From Obrimoposthia wandeli (lineage: Eukaryota), in the NCBI GenBank assembly GCA_977020255.1, contig CDROCS010002357.1, positions 1-64,000 on the forward strand: 64,000 nucleotides of DNA, given 5' to 3'. This document shows positions 20,765 through 31,401 of the stretch, in pieces (within the stretch, counting starts at the first letter, position 1; each line of letters starts with the position of its first letter). A program made the translations under genes and the position numbers. Below the pieces are notes generated by a model. It was not told where the DNA came from, ran no database searches, and worked only from the letters and a program-made list of their open reading frames with translations.

Positions 20765-21226
20765 TTAGTATATGCCAAAATCTAAACCACAAGCTATATT
20801 TTCTCCTAAGTTATTGCATTCAACTAGAAAGTTTTCATGCCATTGGCCGCGGCAGATGATCTCAGGTTGAACCTGCTTCCATTTCAACCCCTTACAGATG
20901 CTTTGAATGGCAATGTTAGTTCCCGTACCATCATGACCTGCGCGTATATAATAGCTAAAAGGCAGGCCTTGTGTTTTTTCTAGGCAAGGGTAGTAGATGC
21001 GGTCAAAAAAATCTTTTAAAGCACCACTCATATAACCTAAATTTTCAGTTGTACCTAAAATAATGGCATCACAGTTAATGACATCGGTGGCTGTCGCTTG
21101 TAAGGGAGGGATCCAAGTGATGTTAAGATTTTCTAGTTGATGTTTATTTCCCCCAGCAATGATCTGCTCAGCCATTTTTCGGGTATTTGGAGATGGTGCG
21201 TGCGCTACTATTAACAGGTTTTTCAT
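20765..21226 (-). CDS. flavodoxin-family (WrbA-like fold) protein
   Basis: IVAHAPSPNT, DAIILGTTENLGYMSGALKDFFDR, AGHDGTG. Confidence 0.85.
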   Translation of the reverse strand: MKNLLIVAHAPSPNTRKMAEQIIAGGNKHQLENLNITWIPPLQATATDVINCDAIILGTTENLGYMSGALKDFFDRIYYPCLEKTQGLPFSYYIRAGHDGTGTNIAIQSICKGLKWKQVQPEIICRGQWHENFLVECNNLGENIACGLDFGIY

Positions 21227-21268
21227 TTTTATAGAGGCTATCAATACTGAGGTTAAAATATACAAAAG

Positions 21269-21535
21269 TTAGCTTTTCTTTAATGGATGATCCGCTGGTA
21301 ATTGTTTTTCTATCCATAAAGAGAGTTTGTGCTTCATACCATTACCATCTTCTTTATCTTGCGGAAGAGGAACTATTAACTTGTCTTGCACTAATAATCG
21401 GTATATCGCCTCCACTTTTATACTCATAGAATCTGAAGGGTCAAATTTTCCAGCGCCGCGCTGTTGGATATAAACACTGCCGACCCTTAATGCCTCTTTT
21501 AATAAAGGAGCTTCTTGTTTTAATTGTGACTTCAT
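21269..21535 (-). CDS. small conserved hypothetical protein, probably DUF5062 family
   Basis: LKQEAPLLKEAL...YRLLVQDKLI.PLP...KHKL..W..KQLP.DHPL matches the family as recalled. Confidence 0.65.
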   Translation of the reverse strand: MKSQLKQEAPLLKEALRVGSVYIQQRGAGKFDPSDSMSIKVEAIYRLLVQDKLIVPLPQDKEDGNGMKHKLSLWIEKQLPADHPLKKS

Positions 21536-21616
21536 AAATTATCCTTAAAAAGTGTTATAGCTTGGGTTATTAATTTACAATCTTCTGAAATTTTAATACT
21601 GATCGGTGTTTGAAGT

Positions 21617-22246
21617 ATGCAATATAAAATTATACCTGTAACTGCTTTCTCACAAAACTGTACAATACTTTGGTGCGAAGTTACTGACAAAGCGGTTGTT
21701 GTTGATCCAGGTGGTGATATACAAAAAATTATAGCCTTTTTAACTGAGCAACAGCTAGTACTAGAAAAAATTATCTTAACTCACGGGCATTTAGATCATG
21801 TTGGCGGTGTTGCTCAACTATTAACACATTATCAGGTTGCTGTTGAAGGACCACACAAAGCAGATAAATTTTGGCTTGATGCTTTAATTGAGCAGTGCGA
21901 GATGTTTGGTTTTGCACCCGTTAATAGTTTCTCACCTACCCGTTGGTTAATAATGGGTGATGAAGTTGTTTTTGGTCAACAGCTTTTAGAAGTACTGCAT
22001 TGCCCAGGACACACTCCCGGCCATGTCGTTTTTTACCATCGGCAAAGTAAGCTTTTACAAGTAGGGGATGTATTGTTTAATGGATCTATTGGGCGAACAG
22101 ATTTCCCGCAAGGTGATCATCAGCAGCTAATTAGTTCGATTAAAAACATACTATTACCTTTAGGAGACGATGTTTCTTTTATACCTGGCCATGGACCTAT
22201 GTCAACATTGGGGAATGAGCGCCAATATAACATGCATATTCAATAG
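21617..22246 (+). CDS. MBL-fold metallo-hydrolase (glyoxalase II GloC/YcbL-like)
   Basis: THGHLDHVGG, PGHTPGH, GDVLF.GSIGRTDFP, PGHGP. Confidence 0.9.
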   Translation: MQYKIIPVTAFSQNCTILWCEVTDKAVVVDPGGDIQKIIAFLTEQQLVLEKIILTHGHLDHVGGVAQLLTHYQVAVEGPHKADKFWLDALIEQCEMFGFAPVNSFSPTRWLIMGDEVVFGQQLLEVLHCPGHTPGHVVFYHRQSKLLQVGDVLFNGSIGRTDFPQGDHQQLISSIKNILLPLGDDVSFIPGHGPMSTLGNERQYNMHIQ

Positions 22247-22607
22247 AGAATTAAAAATTAAAGCCAACTAAGTTAGGGGGTATACGATACGCATGCTTAA
22301 TCAACAAATCCAAATCAAGGTGTTGTTTTTTCAGTAAATCGTATGATTTGAAATGGATTACGGCTATGAATTACTTTAATTCTTAAGGCTTGTTGTGATA
22401 ATTTTTCATACAAGAACTTTGTTCTTTAACGGCCTTTAATCATTGCATTATGATGACAAAATCTCCTAGTTTATGACAAATTTTTCAACAGGTAAGCAGC
22501 CTTTGTTACCTTGTGAATCAAGCTAGAGAAGCCCCTATAAGAAAAGGTATTTAATCTAACTTGTATAACAATTTAATCACAAACGATGCTCGTGATCTAG
22601 TAATGTA

Positions 22608-24158
22608 TCAATCACCCATGGTATCAAAAAAGTTGACCAAAGATTCTATTGGCATAGGTTTTGCGTAGTGGTAGCCTTGGCTGAAGCCTATATCTAAGCT
22701 GATGATTTTGTTTTGTATTTGTTGAGTTTCTACCCCTTCTGCAACAACGTCTAAATTCATTTCTTTCGCCAGCTTAATTATGTGCTCAACTAAATTTAAA
22801 TGGAGCTGGTTTTCTAGCATATACAGGATGAAACCTTGATCGACTTTAAGATAGTCAACTTGAAGGTCTTTAAGCTGCTCTAGATTTGAATAGCCGGTAC
22901 CAAAATCGTCAATCGCTATTTTTACGCCTTTTTCATGAAGTTTACTAATAGCTTGGTTAACGGTGAGGTGATCGCCTTCTTGTTGCTCTGTAATTTCCAC
23001 TACCATATAAGCGTGTTCTTCAAAGCTTAACTGCTGCTCAAGAACTTTTTCAATATGTCCGCTGGCTATATCTTCTGGGAAGCTATTAATAGATAGTTTT
23101 ACTTTACCGAAGAGATCAGCTTGTTTGAATTCTTTAATCGCTTGTGCTACTAGTATTTGTGTGAATATTGCTGTTTGTTTGTTCTCAATAACGTGTGATA
23201 AAAAAGGGAATGCGCCGTGAATGACACCTTCTGGATCTTTCCATCTACAAAGAACTTCACAAGAACTTATTGCCTCATTTTTATTGTTAATAATGGGTTG
23301 GTAATAACAAAGTATTTGCTTGGCGTTTAAGCCCCGATAAATTTGTCGATTAAAAGAATAATAATAGCGAATGTAATAACGTGTACAAATATTACTTGAA
23401 AAAAAGAGTAATAGAAGAATTGTGAATACAGTGATAACTAGTAAATAGTTTTTCAATATGTATTCAATTATATCTATTTCATATGTAGCGCAAGTACTCT
23501 CGACATAACAGCTTTGGTATTGCCAGATAAAATTTCGAAACTGGCTGAAATTGGCGGTCGGTTTTTTACTTAAAGCCTGTATGTTTGTATTGCCAATGAC
23601 TTTGAAAAAATGATCTTGATTATAAACAAAGATAGAAATTTCCATCCAGCTAGGCTGTAAGCGTAATATGTTATCGGGTCTGATCAGCGCTTGAAAATTT
23701 CCAAACTTGAGGCGCATTGCCTTGATATCGCCTGGAAAATTGTCAACCGGTTTAAATGTTGTAAACTCAAGTGGGCTAGTGTTGCTAATGACATCTGATA
23801 ACGGCTGCGCAATGGGTTTATCCAAAATCCCTCTGTTAGTACTACACAATAAACTTTGCTCGTTCAAGAAACCGTATTCATGTAGTCGGATTGAATGAAA
23901 TTCAGCTAATCGCATAGCCTCTAAAATTACTTTACTACATGTTTTCTGTTTAAAACGTTGATTTAGAGGAGCTAAATAGTTAACGATATCATTGTTAATA
24001 AATATTGAATTTTGTTTTAGCTTTTCTTCAAATATGGAAGCTTTATTAATCCATTGATTGTGGAGAAATGCGTAATTAAGGCTTAAAAAAATTAGCAATA
24101 AAACACTGAAAGCGATAATTGATAAGAAACGCTCAGTTTTGATAGTGTTTTTGAACAT
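22608..24158 (-). CDS. CSS-motif membrane EAL c-di-GMP phosphodiesterase
   Basis: Two TM segments; periplasmic Cys pair (KTCS, LLCST); EVL variant of EAL, IDDFGTGYSNL, LKVDQ, VAEGVE, QGYHY. Confidence 0.85.
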   Translation of the reverse strand: MFKNTIKTERFLSIIAFSVLLLIFLSLNYAFLHNQWINKASIFEEKLKQNSIFINNDIVNYLAPLNQRFKQKTCSKVILEAMRLAEFHSIRLHEYGFLNEQSLLCSTNRGILDKPIAQPLSDVISNTSPLEFTTFKPVDNFPGDIKAMRLKFGNFQALIRPDNILRLQPSWMEISIFVYNQDHFFKVIGNTNIQALSKKPTANFSQFRNFIWQYQSCYVESTCATYEIDIIEYILKNYLLVITVFTILLLLFFSSNICTRYYIRYYYSFNRQIYRGLNAKQILCYYQPIINNKNEAISSCEVLCRWKDPEGVIHGAFPFLSHVIENKQTAIFTQILVAQAIKEFKQADLFGKVKLSINSFPEDIASGHIEKVLEQQLSFEEHAYMVVEITEQQEGDHLTVNQAISKLHEKGVKIAIDDFGTGYSNLEQLKDLQVDYLKVDQGFILYMLENQLHLNLVEHIIKLAKEMNLDVVAEGVETQQIQNKIISLDIGFSQGYHYAKPMPIESLVNFFDTMGD

Positions 24159-24670
24159 CGCATTATCCTTTTAAAGCTTTGGCCATTATTAAAAGTAGAG
24201 ACCATAATTTGAGAGGAGAGCATTTATGAAGAGTCAGTCAACCAATATGATTTGGCGACAAAACCTTAAGCTTAGTTAATAATTTGTTGGTAAAAAATTA
24301 TATATTATTATGTATAGCTTTCGTAGATATAGTGAAACCAGAGCGTATGCGGTGTTTTAAGCTCATCGAACGCGGAGTCCGATAACCTTGTATTTATAAA
24401 TAATAGCACTTAGATCATCAATTACATGCTCAATGATCTAGGGCTTCTAAAAAACTATGCTGTTAGTTAAGGCGAAAAGCAAAGTATAGAGCAAGGGTTA
24501 AATATTACCTAATGAATATATTAACGTTCCAAAGTGAGTTGTAACGGTGAATTTTTTGTAAAATAAGTATAAAAAAGTAACTTAAATGTAACCAATACCA
24601 ACTATCGCTTCAATTTATTGGGCCAAACTTTTAAAATACCTGCTAATTATTCTTGATACGCGAAATAACT

Positions 24671-26125
24671 ATGAAATACATTGTAAAACTATTCCCTGAA
24701 ATTACTATTAAAAGCCGTCCTGTTCGTAAGCGTTTTATTCAGCGATTACAAAACAACCTACAGATAGTTTTACGTAGAATTGATGATGATATTCGTGTGA
24801 GTCTATTTTGGGATAAATTAGAAGTCGTTTTACCTGAAGAAAAAATAGAACATAGAGAACAAGTTTGTGATGCAATGTCAAAAACATCGGGGATCCAAAC
24901 TTTTATAGAAGTAGAAGAGTTCGCGTTGGTAAGTTTTCAAGATTCTTTTGAGCGTACACTAGCCGCTTATAAAGAAAAACTAGTAGGTAACAGCTTTAAA
25001 GTAAGGGTGAAGCGTAGCGGTAAACATGATTTTAAATCTATTGATTTAGAACGCTTTATTGGCGGTGGTTTGTTAGAGCATGCAGATACTGAAGGGGTTG
25101 ATGTTAGAAACCCAAGTTTGTATGTGGATTTAGAAGTTCGAGAGCAAAAATTATTCGTTTTTAATAGAATATATAAAGGTTTGGGTGGGTATCCTCTAGG
25201 CACACAAGAGGCTGTGTTGTCGCTAATTTCAGGAGGTTTTGATTCTGTAGTCTCTTCATATATGACGATGCGACGCGGATCAAAAACGCATTTCCTTTTC
25301 TTTAATTTAGGCGGAAAGGCTCATGAAATGGGTGTAGAGCAAGTTGCATTACATTTATGGCAGCAGTATGGCTCTTGCGCACGAGTAAAATTTATTAGTG
25401 TGCCTTTTTCAGAAGTAGTAGGTGATATCTTACAAAACGTTCACCATTCATATATGGGTGTTGTTTTAAAAAGACAAATGATGAGAGCGGCAGAGAAAGT
25501 AGCTGATTTTATGAAAATCGATGCTTTAGTGACCGGTGAAAGTATTGCTCAAGTCTCTAGCCAAACATTACCCAATTTAGCGGTTATAGATCGTGCCACA
25601 ACTAAAGTAATAATACGGCCATTAATTACCACAGATAAACAAGAAATTGTAGATAAAACAAAAGCGCTAGGGTGCTTTGATTTGGTTGCTTCTATTCCTG
25701 AATATTGTGGTGTTATTTCTGATAGACCCACAACACGTGCTAAATTGGAAAAAGTTGAAGAGCAAGAATTGAATTTAGATATGGATATCATCGATAAAGC
25801 GCTTGAGCAGCTGCAGAATGTTCGAATAGATGACATCGTTAAAAACCTACAAGCTAAAGCTGAAATAGAAACATTAAGTAAGGTATCTGAAACACAAAAA
25901 ATTGTTGATATTCGTGCGCCTCATGAGCAGGAAAGTAAGCCTCTTAATATGCCTGGGTGTGAGATAATAATAGCTCCCTTTTATGAGTTAGAGGCGCAGG
26001 CAGAGCAATGGAGTGATGAGTTTGAATATTTGCTCTACTGTGATAAAGGCGTCATGAGTCAACTACACGCACAAAACTTGCAGGAGAAAGGGTTGTTGAA
26101 TGTGAAAGTTTTTCGGCCCGAGTAA
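24671..26125 (+). CDS. thiI: tRNA 4-thiouridine sulfurtransferase with C-terminal rhodanese domain
   Basis: KLFPEITIKS, LISGGFDS, TGESIAQVSSQT, PEYCGVIS, LYCDKGVMS. Confidence 0.96.
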   Translation: MKYIVKLFPEITIKSRPVRKRFIQRLQNNLQIVLRRIDDDIRVSLFWDKLEVVLPEEKIEHREQVCDAMSKTSGIQTFIEVEEFALVSFQDSFERTLAAYKEKLVGNSFKVRVKRSGKHDFKSIDLERFIGGGLLEHADTEGVDVRNPSLYVDLEVREQKLFVFNRIYKGLGGYPLGTQEAVLSLISGGFDSVVSSYMTMRRGSKTHFLFFNLGGKAHEMGVEQVALHLWQQYGSCARVKFISVPFSEVVGDILQNVHHSYMGVVLKRQMMRAAEKVADFMKIDALVTGESIAQVSSQTLPNLAVIDRATTKVIIRPLITTDKQEIVDKTKALGCFDLVASIPEYCGVISDRPTTRAKLEKVEEQELNLDMDIIDKALEQLQNVRIDDIVKNLQAKAEIETLSKVSETQKIVDIRAPHEQESKPLNMPGCEIIIAPFYELEAQAEQWSDEFEYLLYCDKGVMSQLHAQNLQEKGLLNVKVFRPE

Positions 26126-26352
26126 TGAACTTTGTCAAAGGTTTTTTGTTGGATTTTGAGGCGTTTGTGAGTAATTATAATTGTCGACAATATCTAATTT
26201 AGAATAATCAACTAGCTAGAAATAGTTGCGAAAACCGTCATTTTCGGGTTTAATTAGCGTCGTTTTACAGAAAATATCACCATATAATCGGCAGTATTTG
26301 TATTATTTTTTTAGTAAGTTGTGAAGTTTACTATTTATAGGAGAGGTCCCTG

Positions 26353-26592
26353 ATGGAAAGTTTGGTTTCAGAAGGATTGTCATTGATGGTTTTTGGCATG
26401 GGTTTCGTTTTTGTTTTTTTAACCTTATTGGTTGGAATGACAAAGCTAATGTCAAAAATAGTGGTGAAGTATGAACCAGCACCGGTAGCGGCTCCTGCAA
26501 GAGCTAAGCGCAAAATTGCAGCACCCATTGCTGAAAGCAACGATGAGTTAGTTGCTGTAATCACTGCCGCTGTTCATAAATATAGATCATAG
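26353..26592 (+). CDS. oadG: oxaloacetate decarboxylase gamma subunit
   Basis: LMVFGMGFVFVFL TM helix, Ala/Pro linker, AVITAAVHKYR. Confidence 0.93.
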   Translation: MESLVSEGLSLMVFGMGFVFVFLTLLVGMTKLMSKIVVKYEPAPVAAPARAKRKIAAPIAESNDELVAVITAAVHKYRS

Positions 26593-26659
26593 TTTTAAGT
26601 GTTTTGAAAATTTCAAAGAATTTATTTAAACCGTGTCATAATTAAAAGGCCTTGTAAAC

Positions 26660-28438
26660 ATGTCAGATGCTAAGAAACCTTTAGGTATTACGGATGTTGT
26701 ATTACGTGATGCACACCAATCTTTATTCGCTACCCGTATGCGTATCGACGATATGCTTCCGATTGCAGAAAAATTGGATAGCATTGGTTTTTGGTCACTA
26801 GAAACTTGGGGAGGAGCTACTTTTGATTCCTGTATTCGCTATATAGGTGAAAACCCTTGGGAGAGGTTACGTGCTTTAAAAGCCGCGATGCCAAAGACTA
26901 AACAACAAATGTTGTTGCGCGGGCAAAATTTATTAGGTTATCGTCATTATGCTGATGATGTAGTTGATAAGTTTGTTGAGCGCGCAGCTACCAATGGGAT
27001 TGATGTCTTTCGTATTTTCGATGCCATGAATGATCCTAGAAATTTAGATCGCGCCATCAAAGCGGTCAAAGCGACCGGCAAGCATGCACAAGGTACTATC
27101 TCGTATACTAAGAGCCCAGTTCATACCATTGAAATGTGGGTCGACTACGCTAAAGCGCTAGAAGATCTGGGTGTTGATTCCATATGTATTAAAGATATGT
27201 CTGGCATATTAGTGCCTTATGATGCCTATGATTTAGTTTCACGCCTTAAAGCGCAAACAGATCTTGAAGTTCAACTTCATGCACATGCAACTTCTGGGCT
27301 TTCAGATATGTCTATTCTAAAAGCTATAGAAGCTGGGGTTGATCGTGTTGATACGGCAATTTCTTCGATGGCTATGACTTATGGGCACTCCTCTACAGAA
27401 TCTATCGTTGCAGCTCTGCAAGGCACAGATAGAGATACCGGATTAGACCTTAAAGCGTTAGCACAAATAGCTGCATACTTTCGAGAAGTGCGTAAAAAGT
27501 ATGCGAAGTTCGAAGGGTCATTACGCGGCACCGATTCTCGCATTCTAATTGCACAAGTGCCTGGTGGCATGCTAACCAACATGGAGTCGCAATTAAAAGA
27601 GCAAAATGCCACGGATAAATTTGACGAAGTATTATTAGAAATCCCTAGAGTTCGTGAAGATTTAGGTCTTATTCCGTTAGTAACACCTACTTCTCAAATT
27701 GTTGGTACTCAAGCAGTTATCAATGTGTTGATGGGCGAGAGATATAAAACTATCTCTAAAGAGGTGCAAGGCATCTTAAGAGGTGAGTACGGGGCCGCTC
27801 CCGCTCCTTTTAACACAGAATTGCAAAACAAAGTATTAGATGGCGGAGAAGCGATTACTTGCAGACCTGCTGATTTATTGAATGCAGAAATGGATTCATT
27901 AACAAGTGAGTTACAACAAATAGCGCTCGAAAAAAATATTGATTTGGCTGCAAACGAAAATCAAATAGACGATGTGCTTATTTATGCGTTGTTCCCACAA
28001 GTAGGTTTGAAATATTTAGAAAACCGCAACAACCCAGCTGCGTTTGAACCCGTACCGACAATTGAGGATGTAAGTAACATGGCAACAAAAAATACAGGAC
28101 CACAAGTATATACAATTTCGGTAAACGGCCAGGACTATGTTGTGCAAGTTGCTGAAGGCGGAGACGTTTCTTCAATTGCAACTAAAGCGCCGGCTACACC
28201 AGTTGCAGCCTCTGCAGCAGTTGAAGGGGAAGAGGTTACGGCTCCTTTAGCAGGTAATATCTGGAAAGTACAAGTATCTGCTGGTGATGCCATTGAAGAG
28301 GGCGATGTAATCATTATTCTTGAGGCAATGAAAATGGAAACAGAAGTACGCGCTGCTCGGTCAGGCCAAGTGGTTTCTGTTGATGTTAAAGAAGGTGATT
28401 CCGTTCAAGTTGGCGATTCACTGATTACCTTGGCATAA
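26660..28438 (+). CDS. oadA: Na+-translocating oxaloacetate decarboxylase alpha subunit
   Basis: [22 protein letters not shown], biotin site EAMKME. Confidence 0.97.
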   Translation: MSDAKKPLGITDVVLRDAHQSLFATRMRIDDMLPIAEKLDSIGFWSLETWGGATFDSCIRYIGENPWERLRALKAAMPKTKQQMLLRGQNLLGYRHYADDVVDKFVERAATNGIDVFRIFDAMNDPRNLDRAIKAVKATGKHAQGTISYTKSPVHTIEMWVDYAKALEDLGVDSICIKDMSGILVPYDAYDLVSRLKAQTDLEVQLHAHATSGLSDMSILKAIEAGVDRVDTAISSMAMTYGHSSTESIVAALQGTDRDTGLDLKALAQIAAYFREVRKKYAKFEGSLRGTDSRILIAQVPGGMLTNMESQLKEQNATDKFDEVLLEIPRVREDLGLIPLVTPTSQIVGTQAVINVLMGERYKTISKEVQGILRGEYGAAPAPFNTELQNKVLDGGEAITCRPADLLNAEMDSLTSELQQIALEKNIDLAANENQIDDVLIYALFPQVGLKYLENRNNPAAFEPVPTIEDVSNMATKNTGPQVYTISVNGQDYVVQVAEGGDVSSIATKAPATPVAASAAVEGEEVTAPLAGNIWKVQVSAGDAIEEGDVIIILEAMKMETEVRAARSGQVVSVDVKEGDSVQVGDSLITLA

Positions 28439-28449
28439 GGCGCTAAATT

Positions 28450-29751
28450 ATGGATAAATTACTCGAACTCTGGCTAGCTTCAGGTATTTATAACCTGCAG
28501 ATCGGCCAGTTTGTGATGTTGCTGGTGGGCTTGTTGCTCCTTTACCTCGCCATCAATAAGAAGTTTGAACCCTTATTACTGGTACCTATTGGTTTCGGGG
28601 GGATTTTAGCTAATATTCCTGAAGCTGGATTAGCTTTTTCTGCCGTAGAAAATGCTGTGCATTTTGCGCAACCTGAAGTAATGGCCAGCTTAGCATCTGC
28701 TTTAAGTATTAGTGCTTTAGAGCCTAGTGCGATATTGGATGCCTACCATACTTCAAATGCATCCACACACGCAGCTACAGTATTGGCAGCAATGGATAAT
28801 GGCTACAGCAATGGGATGCTGTACAACTTTTATAATGTGGCTATTGCATCAGGTGCTGCACCTTTAATTATCTTTATGGGTGTAGGAGCAATGACCGATT
28901 TCGGACCATTACTTGCTAACCCTAAAACGTTATTTTTAGGGGCCGCTGCACAATTCGGAATATTTGCGACTGTACTAGGGGCTGTAACATTAACTTCTTT
29001 GGGTATCATGGATTTTACTATTCAAGATGCAGCAGCCATTGGTATTATTGGCGGTGCAGATGGACCGACAGCAATTTACGTTGCTAGTTTATTATCACCT
29101 CACTTGCTAGGTGCTATAGCGGTTGCAGCTTATTCGTACATGGCGTTAGTTCCTTTAATTCAGCCACCGATTATGCGTGCTCTAACAACCGAGGCAGAGC
29201 GTAAAATTACCATGGTGCAGTTACGCCAGGTAAGTAAAGTTGAAAAGATTTTATTTCCAATCGTATTGCTATTATTAGTTGCGCTACTATTACCGGATGC
29301 AGCACCTTTATTAGGTATGTTTTGCTTTGGTAATATCTTACGCGAATGTGGTGTAGTAGATCGTTTAAGCGATACAGCACAAAACGCGTTAATTAATATT
29401 GTGACTATTTTCCTAGGACTTTCTGTTGGTTCAAAACTATCTGCTGACAAGTTTTTGGATTTAACTACGCTGGGTATTTTATTATTAGGTATTGTTGCTT
29501 TTTGTATTGGTACTGCCATGGGTGTATTAATGGCAAAACTGATGAATAAAATTGAAGGCGGCAATTCTATAAACCCCTTAATAGGATCAGCAGGCGTATC
29601 AGCAGTACCTATGGCGGCGCGCGTATCTAATAAGCTAGGTTTGGAAGCAAACTCGCAGAACTTTCTATTGATGCATGCGATGGGGCCAAATGTAGCGGGT
29701 GTTATCGGTTCTGCAGTAGCTGCAGGTGTCATGATTAAATTTGTCGGATAA
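28450..29751 (+). CDS. oadB: oxaloacetate decarboxylase beta subunit
   Basis: [42 protein letters not shown]. Confidence 0.97.
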   Translation: MDKLLELWLASGIYNLQIGQFVMLLVGLLLLYLAINKKFEPLLLVPIGFGGILANIPEAGLAFSAVENAVHFAQPEVMASLASALSISALEPSAILDAYHTSNASTHAATVLAAMDNGYSNGMLYNFYNVAIASGAAPLIIFMGVGAMTDFGPLLANPKTLFLGAAAQFGIFATVLGAVTLTSLGIMDFTIQDAAAIGIIGGADGPTAIYVASLLSPHLLGAIAVAAYSYMALVPLIQPPIMRALTTEAERKITMVQLRQVSKVEKILFPIVLLLLVALLLPDAAPLLGMFCFGNILRECGVVDRLSDTAQNALINIVTIFLGLSVGSKLSADKFLDLTTLGILLLGIVAFCIGTAMGVLMAKLMNKIEGGNSINPLIGSAGVSAVPMAARVSNKLGLEANSQNFLLMHAMGPNVAGVIGSAVAAGVMIKFVG

Positions 29752-29783
29752 GACCAATAGATTGATTACATAGCTAGTAATAG

Positions 29784-29813
29784 ATGCTCAACAAGTTTTG
29801 GCTTGTTGAGCAT
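29784..29813 (+). terminator. terminator hairpin after oadB
   Basis: 12-bp stem ATGCTCAACAAG / CTTGTTGAGCAT. Confidence 0.7.
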
Positions 29814-30198
29814 TCTGATTTACCCTTAGAGCAACTCAAGTTCAAACTGTAATATTTTTCAAATAATATCTTTACTCCCCCGTCCTAATTAATTAAACGA
29901 CGTTCATTTATTTCTATTTACTGCTATCTCTCAAGCGATAAAAGTCAATAGAATAATTCATCAGTTATTTTTCAGTTTATTGTCAGATAATTTATAGAGT
30001 GGGTAATACAGAGCCGAATTAACGCGGTGCTTACTTTGAGAGCTGAGTAGAACTGTCAACTGAAAAAGATAAAGCTCTTTAGGCTAGCTAGTTACAGAAA
30101 AAGCATTCTCGCCCCGCGCCTCGCTCGTCCCAAAAAAACAAAAAATTCAATTATTTATACCGTTTTCTGCTATGACTGACTGATTATCAGTAGTTTGG

Positions 30199-30900
30199 AT
30201 GATGCAGAAGTATTCTATATTGGCTAACTCGAAGCGTGCAGCTGGGTATTTATGAACGGTTATTAGATATACAATTAGCTCGATTTGAAAATAGAAAGTT
30301 CTTATTGTGTAAACCTACATTTTGAGTTCACTGGTGATGTACTAGAGAACCGCTTTTGAACTTTGTTTATGGAACAATATTTTCGGGATGTTCTTTTGAA
30401 ATAAATCATCTGTTGGAAGACCAAAAGATTATTAAGACGCCGGAGCGAATTAATATCATCGATGCAGTACTTGTAGAAGTGGTTCTATTAAACTCAGGCG
30501 ATCAGCATGATGGCACTCGAAGAAAGATGCTGAAGTCGGTTGGCATATTAGCAATAACAGGTGAGGGCGTAAAACCGACATACGACTGTTGAGTGCATGT
30601 AGGGCTATATAAACGGCTTTATACAAGGACTCAGAAAGCGTGAAGTAAGGAAGAACCTAGGCATTGATGACGCAATATAAAGAAAGGCCATCTAAATCAC
30701 ACACTCTGTGAGCTTGATAAAACCCGCAAGGCTAAAATAACAGTCAAATATGGCGGCGGTGAGCAATATTTGGCTAATTACCAGCAATAATATAACTTGG
30801 CAGCAGGTATGGGTGCGCGAAAGGGACGGGTTTTATTGGTTTGGCAGCGATGATCGCAAATATTAACAATGGAGTGACCTTTGTAACGCTTTATGCATGA
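30199..30900 (+). pseudogene. decayed IS5-family transposase
   Basis: Frameshifted fragments EINHLLEDQKII...INIIDA, KDAEVGWH (30523), TYDC*VHVG, LCELDKTR...GGGE (30704), GFIGLAAMIANI...TLYA*, in the order of the IS5-family DDE transposase as recalled. Contains stops; no intact ends found. Confidence 0.6.
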
Positions 30901-31401
30901 ATAGAGTATGAAGCAGGGTCGCATCGTTAAAAGATGGACTATTGAGAGATAATTGCATAATCATCGTTAAAAAAAAGTGATCGTGAGGAATTTGAACTCA
31001 ATATTACTGAAAGCAACACAACATAGTAGATACCACGTATTTATACATAACGCTCAATATATTTATGAGCGTTTAAAGCTAAAAATAGCCGTTTCTTAAT
31101 TTAACCATAAAAGAAAATGATGAACCTTAAGTAATTCTAAAAGAAATAGTTAGTTCAGCATTAAGGGACACAACTATTTTTCTAGAAACATAGAGTGAAA
31201 AATAATCAAAAAGCTTATATTTTGATTTTTATATAGGCAATTGAGCACTTGTTTTAAAAAAAAGGCACAAAGTTGACGAATCGCAGGCTTAAAGCATAGA
31301 CTTTTTACTAGTAGGCTTTTATGATTTGTTTAACTCTTGAAATAGAGGGCACTTTGAGGATGAATTCGAAGTGATTCAAATAATAATTAGGAAATCATAC
31401 A

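Noticed and set aside
30356-30592. 78-aa ORF as a stand-alone gene
   Set aside because: Better explained as one frame of the frameshifted IS5-family relic.
31263-31277. Possible sigma54 promoter for aapJ (AGGCACAAAGTTGAC)
   Set aside because: The -12 position reads AC rather than the required GC.
30900-31401. Amino-acid riboswitch upstream of aapJ
   Set aside because: No glycine, lysine, SAM or glutamine aptamer core motifs recognised.
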